Positions 47,459-62,400 of a stretch of 64,000 nucleotides of DNA are shown one piece after another. Each line of letters opens with the position of its first letter. The first letter of the stretch is position 1. The stretch is taken from the IMG/VR virus record IMGVR_UViG_3300028610_001991. One strand, given 5' to 3'. Below the pieces are notes generated by a model. That model saw only the letters and a program-made list of their open reading frames with translations, ran no database searches and was not told the DNA's origin. A program made the translations under genes and the position numbers. Source of the DNA: a virus.

Positions 47459-50400
47459 ATGCCTGAAGAATTAATACGTATTGATTTAACCGAGATGTCT
47501 GAGCTTAGGGACCTAGTTCAATCTTTACGTGGTATAAAAGATGTCTTTTTAACTTTCTCAAAAGCCGTGAGTACTCCGTCCGGAGGTAAAGCTACAGTAG
47601 GGGAAATATCAATTAAAAACCTCATTAAAAAGTTTGACCAAGAGTTTAGTGCTTTCACTAAAAAGTTTGGAGAAGGTGCTAAGGAGTTTAAGGTTAAAGG
47701 TATTGATGAGGCTCGCCGTAAAATTCAAGGTTTTTCCGGATCTATCGGTAAAATGGTCCAGGCCGTAGGAGAAATAGATAAATCTATAAAATCTATAACA
47801 GCAGCAAGTCTTAAACTTAAAAAATCACCGGAACTTAAAAAAGCTAGAGATACCCTCGAAAAAGAATTAAATAATATTTTTACAAAGTATATGTCTTTAA
47901 ATGTTGATGATGTTATTAGAACAGCTGAAAAAACAGGGAAAAAATTAAATGATTATTTTAAAACTATAAATGATAGATTGGCTGAAACTGGTAAGGGGAT
48001 AGAAAAACAGATTCAAGATTTACCAAAACCTAAAGCTAAGGTTACTAAAGGTAGTCAGGGAGTTGTAGGAAAGGCTAAAGAAGGTATTAAGAAAATAGAA
48101 GAAAAAGAACAGACTTATATTTCAGAGCTGGACGAAAGAGTAACAGGTACCCTAGATGTTTTACATAAGAGATCTATAGATCAAATAGATGCTTTGATTA
48201 AAGAAGTAAGAGGCACTACTCCTGCGGGGGCTACTGCGAGATTTGCTGAGGCAGGGAGAACGGGTGTTTTAAAAACAATCAGCGCTATTAAGAAAGGTAT
48301 TCAGATATCTCAGAAAGGGTTAACTAAGTTAGTAGATAAGGCTCTAAATTTACAGAAATTAAATGAAGTGATAGGTAGGAGTACAAAACAAGTTCAAAGA
48401 CTTGAAAACGAGATTAAAAATATAGAGAGAACTATACAACCTGAGGAAGCTGAGGGTATTATAGCAAGACGGGAACGATGGATAACAGCATTAAATAACC
48501 AGATTAAAAAGTTTACGGAAGCACGCACTACAGTCTGGAATGAAATAAGTAAGAAGTTGTCAAGTGCTGCTATAGGCGATGTCAAAGAATTTGCAAAACT
48601 GTTAGAGACAATAAATGATATACGTTTCTACAGTAGACTTACACGTAGATTAGAAAGAAGGGGGATTTCTCCAGAATCTTTAAATCGTGTTAGAACAACA
48701 TTCGGGGCATTTGAGTTTGAGGGGAAATTTTATGAGAATATTAATTTAATAACAAAGGGTCTTATTGCTACTGCTAAGACCAGTGTAGAAGAAGTAGGTT
48801 TTGCTATCAGTGAGCAGATAGGCCAGTATGGAAAAACTGTAACAAAATTACGTTTGGGCTTTACGAGAGGAAGAGCCCCTAGAGAAATGTTTAAAGTTAC
48901 AGAAGCTATTTCTGGTATTACACGAGGTTTAGGCGGATTACCTGGTGCTAAGTTTGGTAAGGTATCGGCAGGGGCAAAAGAGGATGTTGTTGGAAAATTA
49001 TTAAACAGTATAGCTATGCAGGTAGCTCAACGAGCAAAGTCTGAGGTTAGTGTAAGCGGAATGGCAGTGAGCGGTTTAGATGTAGAGAAAGCGGCTGATG
49101 AAATAGCTACAGCTATTATTACTCCTTTTTCAGGTTATTTGTTAGCTAAAAGGCCGGAGATAGGAAAAGCGGTTATACCCTCAGGAAGACCAGATTTAAT
49201 GAAGCTAGATGATCTTGCCAGGTATATGGTTAGAGAAGCAATGCCTACGGCTATGAGAAAGAAGTTTCAGGTTACCATAAGTAAATTTTTTGAGCAAGCA
49301 GGTGATATAGGTAGAATAAAAACTGAATTTATGAGGGTTATGGGTATGGTAGGACCTGCTGAAACAGCAGGTGCAAGTTATGAAGGTTATATACGGGAGA
49401 TGGAAGCACAGGCTAAACTATTTATCGATCAACAAGAGTATACACGAGAGTTTGCGCCGACTATACAAGCAGCTATAGATGCTTATATATCCGGAGGAAG
49501 TCAGGTATTTGAAAGAGTTGTAAATTTATTAAAGATACGAACACAGAAGTTTTTAGTTGAAATAATAAAGCTTATTCAGAATAGGGTTCAGTTACCTATT
49601 GCTGAAGCTATGGCTAAGTATAGAAAAGAAGTACAGCAGAGATTTGTTGAGATGCTGGTAGCGGGATTTAGGAAAGAACAGGGAAAAGTACAAAAGTTAG
49701 CATCCGGTAGGGCGATGCAGTCTGGACTAATAAGCGGCGCATCGGCTACTGAAGAACAGTGGACAGCACCTTCTGCATTTTCGATTACAACTCCAGGACA
49801 GACACCAAAGATAGAAAGAGAGCTTAGGAGTATGATATTCAACCTGATGTCTTATTCCCTTAGGGGTAAGTCGCTAAAGGGCACTAGGTTTATCTCTGAT
49901 TTTGTTCCAAAGATTTTAAAAGAAACGGAAGCTGCAGAAGTAGGTATGCCTGGTAAGCAATTAATAACAACACAGGCCCTAATAGAGAGAATAAAGACAT
50001 CAAAAGGGGAGGATGCAGAACAAGCAAAAAGACTTATTGAACAGGTTACGGTGTTACCGGAAGAGGAGTTTAAAAGATTTAAATTTATAGCAGAGACCCT
50101 TAAGTTATACATTACAAAAAAAGGTGAGTTTACTAAAAGAGGGCAGGAGATGATGAAGCGTGTTATGGGAAATGCTAGAAGACTAACCAGAGGTGGCGGT
50201 ATTTCTACACAATATCAATCTTTCTTGAAAGTGATGTTTGAGGAGGTTTTAAATATAGAGCGAGAAAGTGTTTTTGCTCAGATGATAGATCCTGCACAGA
50301 TGGAGGCATTTTTATCTCATGAAAAGGTAGCGTCTCAAAAATTAGTAGCTAATATAGTTAGTAGGATAGAAAGGTTTCCGAAGGGTAAAATGAAAACAGG

Positions 50401-53400
50401 CCTTTTGACTTATGCTGATATGAAAGAGAGACAGAGAAAAATTGCGGAAGAAAAGTTAAAGCGGGTAGGTGATATTATAAAGAAATATACGGCTATTGGA
50501 TTTTCACCAACTCTCATTAGGAGACTAATTGCTACGACTGAAAAAGAACAGGAAGTTTTTGATAGAGAAGTTGTGGCGTTAGAGAATGTAATTAAAAGAG
50601 GCGGTGCTGTAGCGTATGAGTATTTTCCTACGCAGCAGATTGTAGAAAAACATAGGCAGGAAGCATTAGCTATCAGGGGGCTTGAAGAGGCTGAGAATGT
50701 AAGTAATAAAAGACTACAGAGAGCTTTTCAGAAAATCAGTAAAGTATTTCAGGAAGGTGCAGGTTTTAAAGAGATAAGACAAATGATATCAGATGTTTAT
50801 AAAAGAGGAGATAGAGAAACTGTATCTCGCTACGATAAGGCTATAACCGCACTATCCTCTATACATAAAGAAAACATACAGAATGTTGGTAAAATACTTA
50901 TTCCTGCAATAGTGCAGTTTTTTGTAGGCGATATGGAGAACTTGGAGCAAGTATTAAGAACATTAGCTTTAATATCGGGAGGAGCTGCTACCGCAGAAAG
51001 GTACGGGAATATAAGGTCTTTAGTTGGTGAATTTTTAGGAATTTCACGAAAAGAGTACGGGCGTTTAGATAAATCTTTAAAATCAGGGAATAAGCAGGCA
51101 GTAAAGGCAGTTCGGGATAGATTAGTGACTTTATTTACTCCGAAGATAATGGATCTTGGAAAAAGTTTGGAGGATTTTTATATACAGATGAGTGCAGACT
51201 TAGCTAATCTTGTTACTACAAACTTAGTTAGTTGGTTTACTGCTCAGAAAGAAGGGTTGGGTAAAACATTCGGTGCAATAGCGATGCGTGTAAGACAGCT
51301 AGGCAGGATGCGTGTTAAAGGTGAAACTATAGGTATGATAGAGCCGTCAGGATTCTTACCAGGAACTACCGGAGAAATACCTATTGAAACTATAAGACAA
51401 GAACAAAGATTATTAGGAGCAAGAGGAAGAAAACCGACAGGGGAGGTACCTGTTTCTTATGCACCGGCGGTTAAAGGGCTAGATGATATTCTTAGGGAGT
51501 TAACTGAAGAATTTAAACTAACTAAAGAGGCTGTGTCAGTACTTCGTGCCTTTATGGAAACTAAATTTTCAGGAAGAGAGGTTGTGGCTATACGTGGTAG
51601 AGCAGGAGTAACTACTCCAGGAAGAGGCGGGCCTTCAGCTTTTGGTGCTTTTGCAGGTAAAGATATTGAATATGGTTTACAAAATATAGTAAAAGATTAC
51701 ATGAAACGGCTAGGCTATACTGTTGAGGGTAAAGCAGCAACAACTGGAACTAAAATACATGATATCTTAGAAGGTGTTTTTTTAGAGTACTCAAAGCGTA
51801 TCGGAACTCAGATGGTAACTGAACAACCAGTAACAACTGTAGGTACTAGAGAAGGCGCTGCTGCTAAAACATCATTATTGGGTTTTGGTAGAATTGATAT
51901 ACTTGGTATATTTAAAGGTTACGGTGAGATATTTAAGGCATTAGGGGCTATGCCTGCTTTAGTAGATATTAAGACAGTAACTCGTCTTGAGGCTTTTGAT
52001 GCAGAGGGATTTAAGACTCAGATTAGTGCGTATGTAGAAATGTTTAAAGTTTTGGTAAAGATGAATCCTGATAAATATCCTGAACTACAAGATGCTTTAA
52101 AACTAATGGGCGGTAGGGAAGTTACTGCTGTACGAAACTCCATTGTAAATATTCAAAGTATTGTTAAGGATATTACGCAGTTACAAGCTGCGGCTCTTGT
52201 TATAGATAGGGAGGCATTTGAGGCAGCTATTAAAAAAGCCGGTTTTAAGAGTATTGATCAACTAAGGTTTTTGGTATTAGCCGGTAAAATAACTAACGAG
52301 CAGGTGAAACGACTTATAACGATTGTTAATCAGGTAGGTAAGGTTGAGGTTTTTGGTTTAAAAGATTTGCCTGATATTGAGAGATTGATGATTCCTGCTT
52401 ATAGAGCAATAGTGGCTTTTGAACAAGTTAATAAAGTGTTAGGTAATATTTCCGGAGAAATAACAAAGAGGTTTGTAGAGTATAAGGGTAGACGTGTAGA
52501 GCATATAGACGAGGCTCTTCTTGCTAAAAATTTAAGGGAGCTAGGGTTGCCGTTTATTAAAGATGCGGAAAAGCTAAAAAGGGTCGCAAAAGAACAAAAG
52601 GTATCTATGGGAGAAGTAAAGGATGCTATAAAAAGAGCAACTGTAACGGTAACTAGCCAAGTTCCGGAACGTGAATTTAAGGATTTTTATGCACAGTTAA
52701 AAGAGAGGTTACTGACACAATTAAAAACTTTAACTGGTTTTTCTAATATAAAACAGTATTTAGGTGAATATATCGGTAGGCAGCAGATAGGTGGTAGGGC
52801 AGGTGTTGCTGCATTGCCAGCACCAGGAAGGGTAGGGGTAGAAAAAGAGAGAGTGCAAGTATCAGCTGAAACAGCAAAAATGACGGGTGAAGAAGCAAAG
52901 GCTTACGGAAACATTATAGGAAGTGTTGAAACTTTAACCGGTAAGTTAAAAGAAAAGACCGGCGCTCTTGAAGCAGAGATGGCTATTTTAAAGGAAGAAG
53001 CTACTATTTTTGTTTCAATTACACAGACAGCGGAAAGTTTGGTTAAGTACCTGAGAGGTACAGAGAAATTATCTTCTGTAATTAAATCAGCTTCACAGGT
53101 TCTTAGCTTGTTTGGACTGAGTGAGAAAGAGGTAGGAAAAGTAGTTAAAAACTTAGGAAAAACTGTCGGAAAGATGGAAGAGTTAAAATCAGCAACATCT
53201 AAGGTAAAAGATACTGTGGAAGGTACAGCTCAGGGATTTGATAGAGTAAATAAAAGTGCAACTGATTCGTCCAAAACTATAGATGATATGCTGGGCGGTA
53301 TGTTTAATTTAGGTAGCGGGACTGCGAGTGTTGAAGAAAAGATTAAGTCAATGACAAGTGAAGCAGGCAGGTACGCTACTATGATGAACAGTGCTGTTAC

Positions 53401-56400
53401 TTTTTCTAAAAATGAATCTGCAAATAGAGAGCAGATTAAAGCTAAGCTTAGTGATGCTTTATCACATATTGAAAAATACGAACAGTTAGCGAATAGGCTT
53501 TCAGAACATTCTAAAAATAATGTAGATGCAGCTAAAGCGGAATTTACAGCACGTCAGAGAATTGCACAGATATACGAGCGTGCTTCTGAGTTTGGATTAA
53601 GGACGGAATCTGAACTAGCAGAGAAGATAGATCTTAGAAATAAAAAACAACGAGATTTATCAAGACAAGCTAATGAGTACTTTACACAGTTAGGTAGGAT
53701 CAGAACTGCATCTGCAGACGCTAACATACCCCTACATGAAAGACTTGAGAGTCTTAGAGAGGCTATACGTGCCTTAAATCAGTATGCAGACGTAGTTAAA
53801 TCGCTTTCTCAGGTTGAGGGAGAGGGCTTAGCAACAGCATCTAGACGACAACAGTTTGCAATGCGTAGATCTCAGATAGGGGAAGCTTTAGGGGGATTAC
53901 AAGCAGAGTTTAAGAGAGGGGCTGATCCTGCAGGGGAATTAACGAGACATATAGGGAAGCAGATATCGCAGTTTAATGAAGAAATGTTATTATCTGGAAG
54001 AGCTTATGCTCAATTAACTAAAGAATCAGGAGGGGCTATAAGAGAAAACTTAAATGTGATTCGTAAAGTAACTGATCAACAAGGTAAGCAGCTACTTATG
54101 GTTGAAGGTATAGCAACAGCTCAGGGTAAAGTAACTACACAGGTAAAAGAGACAGCATCTGTGTATGCTGGAACTGTAGCTAATCAGATGAAAAATATTA
54201 TGGCTAGACTGGCGAAGTGGGGGAGTGGTGCTTTTTTATATTTTGGTGTTATGCGTGGTGCTAGGGATGCTGTTCGTGCAATAACAGAAATGGAAAGCGC
54301 TATTACTTCGTTAAGGCAAGTTATGAATCAGTCTAATACTGATTTTATGGCTATGTCAGAGCAAGCTTACGCTCTAGCTGTGTCCTACGCAACACCTATT
54401 AAAGATTTAATGAAAACTATGTTAGAGTTTGCGCGGCAGGGCCTTAACCAGGAAGAGGTAATAGAGGCTTCACGGGTAGCTACTCTAGCAGCTAATGTAA
54501 CAGTCTTAAATGCAACGCTGGCTATGGACACACTTACAGCTGCTACACGTCAGTATAATATATCTGCAATGGATTCTATAAAAGTTCTTGATGCCTGGAA
54601 TTTAGTAGCTAATAGGAATGCTGTTACTGCAAAGGATTTGGGTGGGGCGATGAAACAGGCAGGTAGTATAGCTAAATTAATGGGGCTTGGTTTTGAGGAA
54701 CTCACAGGTATCATGGCTGCATTACAGGAGACTACCAGAAGAGGTGGACCTACAATCGGACGTGCAATTAGGTTTATGTTAGTTCATTTAAGAACAGATG
54801 AAACAGAGAAAGCTTTAACTGATTTAGGTATTTCTATAAGAAAGACAGCCGGAGAATATAGAACAGCTTCATCTGTATTTAAGGAAGTAGCTGAGAGGTG
54901 GAGAGAATTAACAAGTGCTCAAAAGTACCAAGTTTCTTATGCTATAGGGCACGTAAGGTTTGGTGCATTTGTAGCTGCAATGTTTGAGAATTGGGCTAAG
55001 GTTACTAAAGCTACAACAGAAGCTACTTACGCTCATGGATCTGCAATGGCAGAAAATGAAATAGCTATGCAGGCGTTTAAGAAACAAGTAACAGGTTTAC
55101 GTAATGAATGGGAGGCTTTTATTTATTCTTTTGGTAGAACAGGTATCTTAGGTATACTACGTGGATTTCTTTCAATAGGTAAGGGTATCTTAGGTGTATT
55201 TGATAAACTGCCAGGGGTTATAAAGACTACAATTTCTGTCTTGGGTACATCTGCTGTTTTATTTATGGGACTTAGTCGATTTTTACGATGGTATTTTAGT
55301 ATTGATTTATCAGATGTTATTCGCAGGTGGGGATTAAGAGCGGCAGGAAAAGAGGCGGCAAAAACTATAGGTTTTTTAAAGAATGTTTCTTCAGTAGCTA
55401 TTGGTAAAAATATATCTGAGACAGAAACACTAGCAATGGCACAAAACACAGTAACAGGATCTGTGCAGGGAACAAATGTTTTATATACTACGAGTCTTGG
55501 CCTCCTTAACTCTATGACTTTAGCTACAAGGGAGTTAGCGGTTGCTCAGGGTTTAGTTACTGGGGGCACGACAAAAGTAGCTATGCAGACGTTACCCTCT
55601 ACCCTTGTGATGCAAAGAGGGAGACTTGCACCTACTTCAGCAAGAACGATAAAGGAGAGCGTAGCAGTAGCGGGTACGGGTGCAGCAGTCAAAAGATCAT
55701 TATTTCAGAAGAGTACTTTTAGAGAAACATTTCGTGCAGCTAGGGTATCCGGGAAAGCTACAGGAAATAGATGGGGTAATGCTTTTATGGCTGCAACCTG
55801 GTTAAGGGTTAAGGGTTTAGGTAAGGGATCTTTTTGGAAGGGTTTAGGTTTAGCTTTAACTAAGGTAGGAGGTACTTTAGCAGGATTTTTAACTAGTCCT
55901 CTTGGGATTGTAGCGGCAGCTATAGCAGGTACTACAGCAGCCCTATGGGGATTTAGGAAAGTAACAGATAACACATCTAAAATTATAATTGAAAAAAACA
56001 AAAAGTTAATTAACGAACTTCAGCAGTCTTTAAATGAGGCTAAAATAGCTATTGTTTCTTATACAACGGCTTTAGAGAATATCGCTACGGGTGCTAGGGT
56101 TGATTTAAGTGCTATTGAAAGAGAGAAGAAATTAAGATCAGATATAGCTTCCCGGTTTCCTGGGTTAGTGAAAGGTTATACAGATTACGGGGATGCTATT
56201 CTTGAGTCTTCAAACAGGGTTGGTGTACTTAAAAAAAGAATGGAAGAGTTAGCCACAGTAAAAGCTGTAGAACTAATAGGTATACAGTTAGAGGAAGTTA
56301 GTGTTATATTAAGAGATCTATCAGACCCGAGAGTAGGCAGAAATATTTTAACTTATTTACCGGCCAGTCTGGGTTTGTTGGATAGTACTATAGACAAACT

Positions 56401-59400
56401 AAGAAAAAATATTAAAGAATATAATAATCTACGAGAAGCTTACAATGAGGCATTTAAAAGAGGTTATGATGTTACTACTATTAGAAAAAATATGGGTGAG
56501 ATTGCTGAGGAGATTAGAGAGGGAACCAAGGTAGTAAATACTTCTTTTATTCAGGCAGAAAATAGAATGAGAAGTATAGCAAAGATGGGCGGAACTGCTG
56601 CAGTTGAGGCAATTGGGAGGGCATTACAAACAAACTCATCAAATCTGGAAATTTATATAACTAGTATAGTTCAAAGTTTAGGTACGGAAGATGTTTTAAA
56701 AGGATTCAGAGCATTTTTTGTTAAAACATTTGGCCCGGACTTAGGTACGATTATAAAAGATTCTGTTAGGAATATACCTTTACCAGCTTTAAAAGAGTCG
56801 GCGGAGGCTATATCAAAAGCTATTTCCGATTCTTTATTAACAAATATAGACGTTAAGGGGTCTACCCGAAAGGCAGTTAGAAAAATAGTTAAAGATTTAG
56901 AAGATGCGATTAGGGGTGAAGATTATCAGGAAGCTTTGTTATCGGCTATGGAAGGTATATATGAAATCAGGGGAAAACTAAGCGATAATGCGGTACAGAA
57001 ATTAACTAGTAAGATGGGCGAGTTTGCTATAGTTTTCGCAAAAAAGATAGAAGGCGATGCGAAAGAACATAGAAAAATGTTTATTAAGACTACCGAGGGG
57101 TATGCTATAATAGATGAAGAAGCTATAGCAAACATATTTGGAGGTAAAGATATAGATTTAGAGCTTATTAAAAAGAAAAAAGAATTTATAATGAAATACA
57201 AAAAGTCTGGCGATGTGATTGATATGATTGAAGAAATGCAGCGAGAGAAAGGTAAGTGGGAAGGAGATACATACGTTATTAAAGTAGGTATTAAACCAGA
57301 TGAAGTATACTTTAATAAACTTAAAGTGGCGATGGACGCTGTTAAGGGTTATTCTGCATACCTTAAAGTGATGGATCAGTATTTAACTGGAATTAGTGCA
57401 ACAGAAAAAAACAGAGTAAGTATGATGAAGGATGCTTATTCTATAGGTACGAAGTCAGCAAAAGAATACGCTAATATACTTGATGCTTTGGAAATTAAAA
57501 TCAAAAAGAACTTAAGTAGGTTTGGTGGTTTAATGGGTGCTGGTCCGGAATTTAAAAGGGAGATGCTTGATATTACAAGATTAAGAGCAGAAGCAGAATT
57601 AACTGTTAATAAGTATAATCAGTGGCGTTCCTTAAAGAATAGAATGTTAGCAGATCCTGCAGCATTTCAAAAGGATACACACGCAGTAAGAACCTTTAAG
57701 AATTTAATAGGAGATATCCAGGCTAGTTATAAAACATTACCGAGAGAAGCGCAGGAAATGTACAGGGGTGTTTTTAAAGATATAGATAAAGTTTTAATCG
57801 ATGAAGACCAGGTAGAGAAGAATAAAGAAAAGATTTTAGGTGCAATTAGGGATATAGCTGATAAGGCTAAATATAAAGGTGTATTAACTTTTGAAACAAT
57901 TGATACACGTGTTTTTGATAAAGCCATAGATGAAATATATAAAAAGTTTAGGGACACTTCAGCCCTTACATCAAAAGACGTAGAAAGTATAATAAATAAA
58001 ATCCCTATAGATACAGGGGCTGTAATTAATGCTGAAATAGATAATATGAGAAAAAAAATAAATACGATGAAGAAAGAGCAGTTTCCCGGGCTATTCGGTA
58101 CTATTTCAGAAAGTGACATAAATTATTTTAAACAGCTAAATACGCTATATGGAGAATTAGAGAAAAAAAGAAGAACTGCTAAGGTTTTAGGTAAGGCTTT
58201 ACCATTTATTCCTAAAAAAACTGATTTAGATGCAGTTAGTAAATCTCTAGATAGTTTAATAAAAGAACATGGAGCAAGACTTGCATCAGGAGTTTCAGTA
58301 GATATTAGTAAAAGTGTTTTACCGCGTTTGAAAAAAGAGTTAGAAGCAGTGCAACTGATGAAAATGGAATTTAAATTAGATGAAGCACAGGCCGCTAAGC
58401 AGGCAGTAGGTGCGGCTGAATTATTTAAATCCGCTTTTACAAGAGAATTACATGAGAGGGTAGGAGAAGAAGCAGGAGGAAAACTTGCTTTAGGTACAGT
58501 AAAGGGGCTTCAGCGTGGTTTAACGGTTTTAGGAGGTACTAATTTTTATAGACTATTAGCAGGTACAATGAAGATAGATAAAGTAGCTAATCAGTTAATA
58601 AGATCAGGTCAAAAAGCATTTGAGAAAGCTAGTAGAGGACGAGGTGGTACTGATACGATGACTGCTATACTAGGTTTAACTCAACAGAATATAGGCGAAG
58701 CATTAAGGACAGCTAATTTAGGAGGAGTAGCTATAAACGCAGCTAGTCAGATATGGGATGAATATTTAAGCAGGGCCAGGGACGGAAGTACAGAGAGTAT
58801 TGCAGTTTTTACAGAAACAATAAAAGCTTTTTCTAAGGCCGCAGGGAATACAACGGGAGAAATGTTAGACAACATAACAAAACAAATGGAAGAGGGCATG
58901 AGGCCTGATGTAGCTTTTATGGATATGGTTAAAAGCCTTGGTTTAGCCCCTGAGGATTTAAGACTTATACAACAACAATCAACAAAAATGCTTTCGACTA
59001 TTACAGCTATACAGAAGGGTATGGGAGATGCAGCGAGTGACTACTCTAAGTCTTTAACAGAGTCAGGTAAAAAGTCTAGACTGGAAATAGTTAGTTTGTT
59101 AAGTGAGTCTTTAAATATAGCTAAATATTATGAAAAAAGAAGAGACGAGGCTATAAAGGACATGAAGGAGTATGTAACTACTCTAGTAAGCTATAGTAAA
59201 GAATTGACTTCTGGAGTAGGTGTGTCTTTTGCTGAATTTTCAGAAAAGATGGGTGGGCATCTTGGTGGTATACGTAAGATGTTAAATATATTTTCAAAAT
59301 CTACTGAAGCAGAAGTAAGAGGGTGGGCTAAAGCTTTAAAGGAGATTTTAGGTAGAAAGTTTGTAGAGGCTTTTACAGGTTTTAATATCCAGGCGATAAA

Positions 59401-62400
59401 GCAGTCTATTAATGCAATAAGGGATGCCTTAGCTACTGAAGAATTTGAAGAAACCGGTTACGCTGGCATGACAGCATTGGCGAGTCAAATAAAGAAATTA
59501 GGTATAGCTTTAGCTAAAACAGCAATAAAGTTCCCAGAAGTTAAAACGTGGGGTAAAATGGTTAAGGAGGCTTTTGATAAAAAGACAGTGGCTGAAGCGG
59601 AAGCAATGGGAAAAGCATTAATAAAGTTAGGAAATGAAACAGATGAGTTACGTAAGAGGCGGGATTATTTAAAAAAAGGACCACCTGCAGGGGCAAAGGT
59701 TATATTTTTTGATCCTGCTAGTGTTAACGAATTAGATGAACAAATAAAACAGAATGAGATACGCTACACTAGGTTAAAAACTCAACTAGTAGCAGGATCT
59801 ACAGCAATGAAAAGTTATTTTGAGGATACGTCGAAAGAATTTAATGAGTTATTTAGGGTACTTGGTTATACAGATAAACAGATTAAAGTATCTGATAAAA
59901 ATTTACAGGCTTTAGGCTTAACAGGTATACGGGCAGCTTATGCTGTTATTCAGCAGCAGATTAGTTGGATTAAAATGAATAAGTCTTTATCTGATTTTGT
60001 AACAGTTGCTGACCTGTACACAGATATAGGTTTGGTAAATAGAATAGGTGAATTGACTCCTGTTATTTCTGCTACAGAAGAAGTGCTTACCGCATTAAAA
60101 AAGGAGTATATAAGTAACACTGAAAAGTTAAGGGAATACACGGAACAAACAGAAGATTTTATTAAAGTGCAAGAGAGACAAAAAATAATAGTGGAAACGG
60201 TAAAAGATGTAGAGAACTGGAGGGAAAGATTAGTAGGGTTTGAAAGTATGAGATCTTCGTATTCAGATTTAAATAAAAGTTTAAATTTATTAGATGCTCA
60301 AACAAAGGTATATCAGTCTAGTTTAGATTCTGTAAGTAAAACTGCTGATTATTTTAAAACAACAATTGATAAACTGATTGAATCTTCATTACGTTCCGGA
60401 GAGTGGGGTTGGGATAAAGTTCCGCCACTTATAAAAAGCTCTATAAGTCAGCTAGAGTCTTACTACTCAGAACTGTTAGCTTTACAGAGACAGCAGGATG
60501 TTATTTATAACCAGGTAGATAGACTAGGCGATGCATGGGTGGATGCGCTACATGCCCCTGATGAAGAACAAACACTTTTGAAGTCTATAACAGATAGTTT
60601 TAAACAATTAAGAAGAGATGCATCAAGAAATTTTATACAGCCTGTTCTTGATGACTGGAAGAACTTATTTGCTGGAACTGTACCTATCAAAGATATACAA
60701 GTAGATGCAAGTGCGGAAATAAAGTTTATAGTAGCAGAGATTAAAAGATTAGAAGAAAATATTAGAAGCGAGAAAGGTGTATTCGAGGAAGTTTTTTTAG
60801 GTGATCTAAAAAAGGCATTAGGTATTTTAAATGAGAACGACACTATACAAGCACTTAATAGCATGAGTAAGGTTATTAACAATATATTACTGGGTAAGGG
60901 GGGTGTGGTAAGTGCACCTGTACCCCTTAAAAAGGCAAGTGGGGTTGTACTAACTGCTGCTCAGGGAGTAGTGGATGGAAGGTCTGGAGGTCAGTTAGGT
61001 CACGCTGTAGCTAAGGAAGGTAGTGTTTTAGCTGAACTTCATCCAGGAGAAATAGTTGTACCAGCTCGGTTAGCAGGAGGGGTACCCTCTTACATAACTA
61101 ATCAATTACCTGTTTATGATGGATTTTCTTCAGGGATACGTATGGCTGAGGGTGGTGTATTAACCGAAGAAGAAAATCTTAAAAAAGCAAAACAGGTTGC
61201 TGATAGTTTATTTAATAAAGGTCTTTTTCTGGAAGCTGTATCTGCGTATAGAGGTATACTAAAGGTAAGGCCTAATGATCGGGATGTTAATTTAAACCTT
61301 AATAGATTACTAAGTCAAAATGCCTTTAGTGATCCTTCTATAAAATTAGAAAGAGAAAAAGATATAGCTAAACACCCCGAGATAGAAGAAAAAATAAAGG
61401 AGGCTAATCTTCTCTACAGATCACAGGAGTATAAGAAGGCGCTTGATATTTTTACAGGCATAAGGTTTAAATACAAAGATATTGAACAAGATAGTAAGTG
61501 GCTTACGTATGGTTTTATAGAGAGGATAAAGACATTTATTGAATATAATAAACCCGGGGATGTAGCAGGTCTGATTAAGGAAAAGCCGGAATTAGGTAAG
61601 GCTCTTGATCCGCGGGATATGAATTTAGAGGATGTAGAGTTGTTGGCACGAAGTTCTTCAAGTAAAAAAGAATTGAAATCTATACTGAGTGAGATACCCC
61701 TGGATAACCATAATGTTCGTTTAGGTATGGAATCTTTGATAAAGGAGAAATCTTATTTTTATAAATTATTTGAAAGGCTAAAAAAATGGGGTGCAGTTAG
61801 GTCTGAAGTAAGTTTCGCAAAAGAAATGATGAAGTCACTTAATAAAGAAGCTGTAGTTGATTACTTAGGGATAGAAAAATTTAAGAGATATTTTCCTAAG
61901 ATACCAATTACTAGTAAACAATTTGCTTCAGGTATTAGAATGGTTGAAGGTGGACAGTTACCCTTACCCAGAGCAGCAGTAAGAGGAAGATTTACACAGG
62001 AGGAAAAAGAGAAACAAGCTGAGAATCGTTGGAAAGTAATGGCAAAGATAGCTTCTGCAGCTTGGAAGTTGGGCGGAAAAGGTGTTACAGGGTTTATGGG
62101 TTTAATAAGTTCTGCTCTTAAGAAAGAGATAACTCTTCCTGAAATGAATAATCAGTTAACTAAAGATCAGTTAGAGATGAGGGACGCGATAATGCGTGGT
62201 TTCGGAGGTAAGTATAAAACAGCAGATACGAAAACTGACCTTAATTTTTGGAAAGATGTATATAGGGGTTTAGGGATTATGGGTAAAGGTCTTTCTACGG
62301 GATGGAAGGGATTTATTAAATTTATAAAAGATCATATGAGTTTAAAAGAAATATATTTAGGTGCTAGGGCACAGCAAGGGCAACCAACTGCACTTGATAT

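Noticed and set aside
47459-54200. Virion RNA polymerase in the TMP N-terminal extension
   Set aside because: No DxDGD or other RNAP catalytic motif seen in the part I translated (47459 to about 53000)
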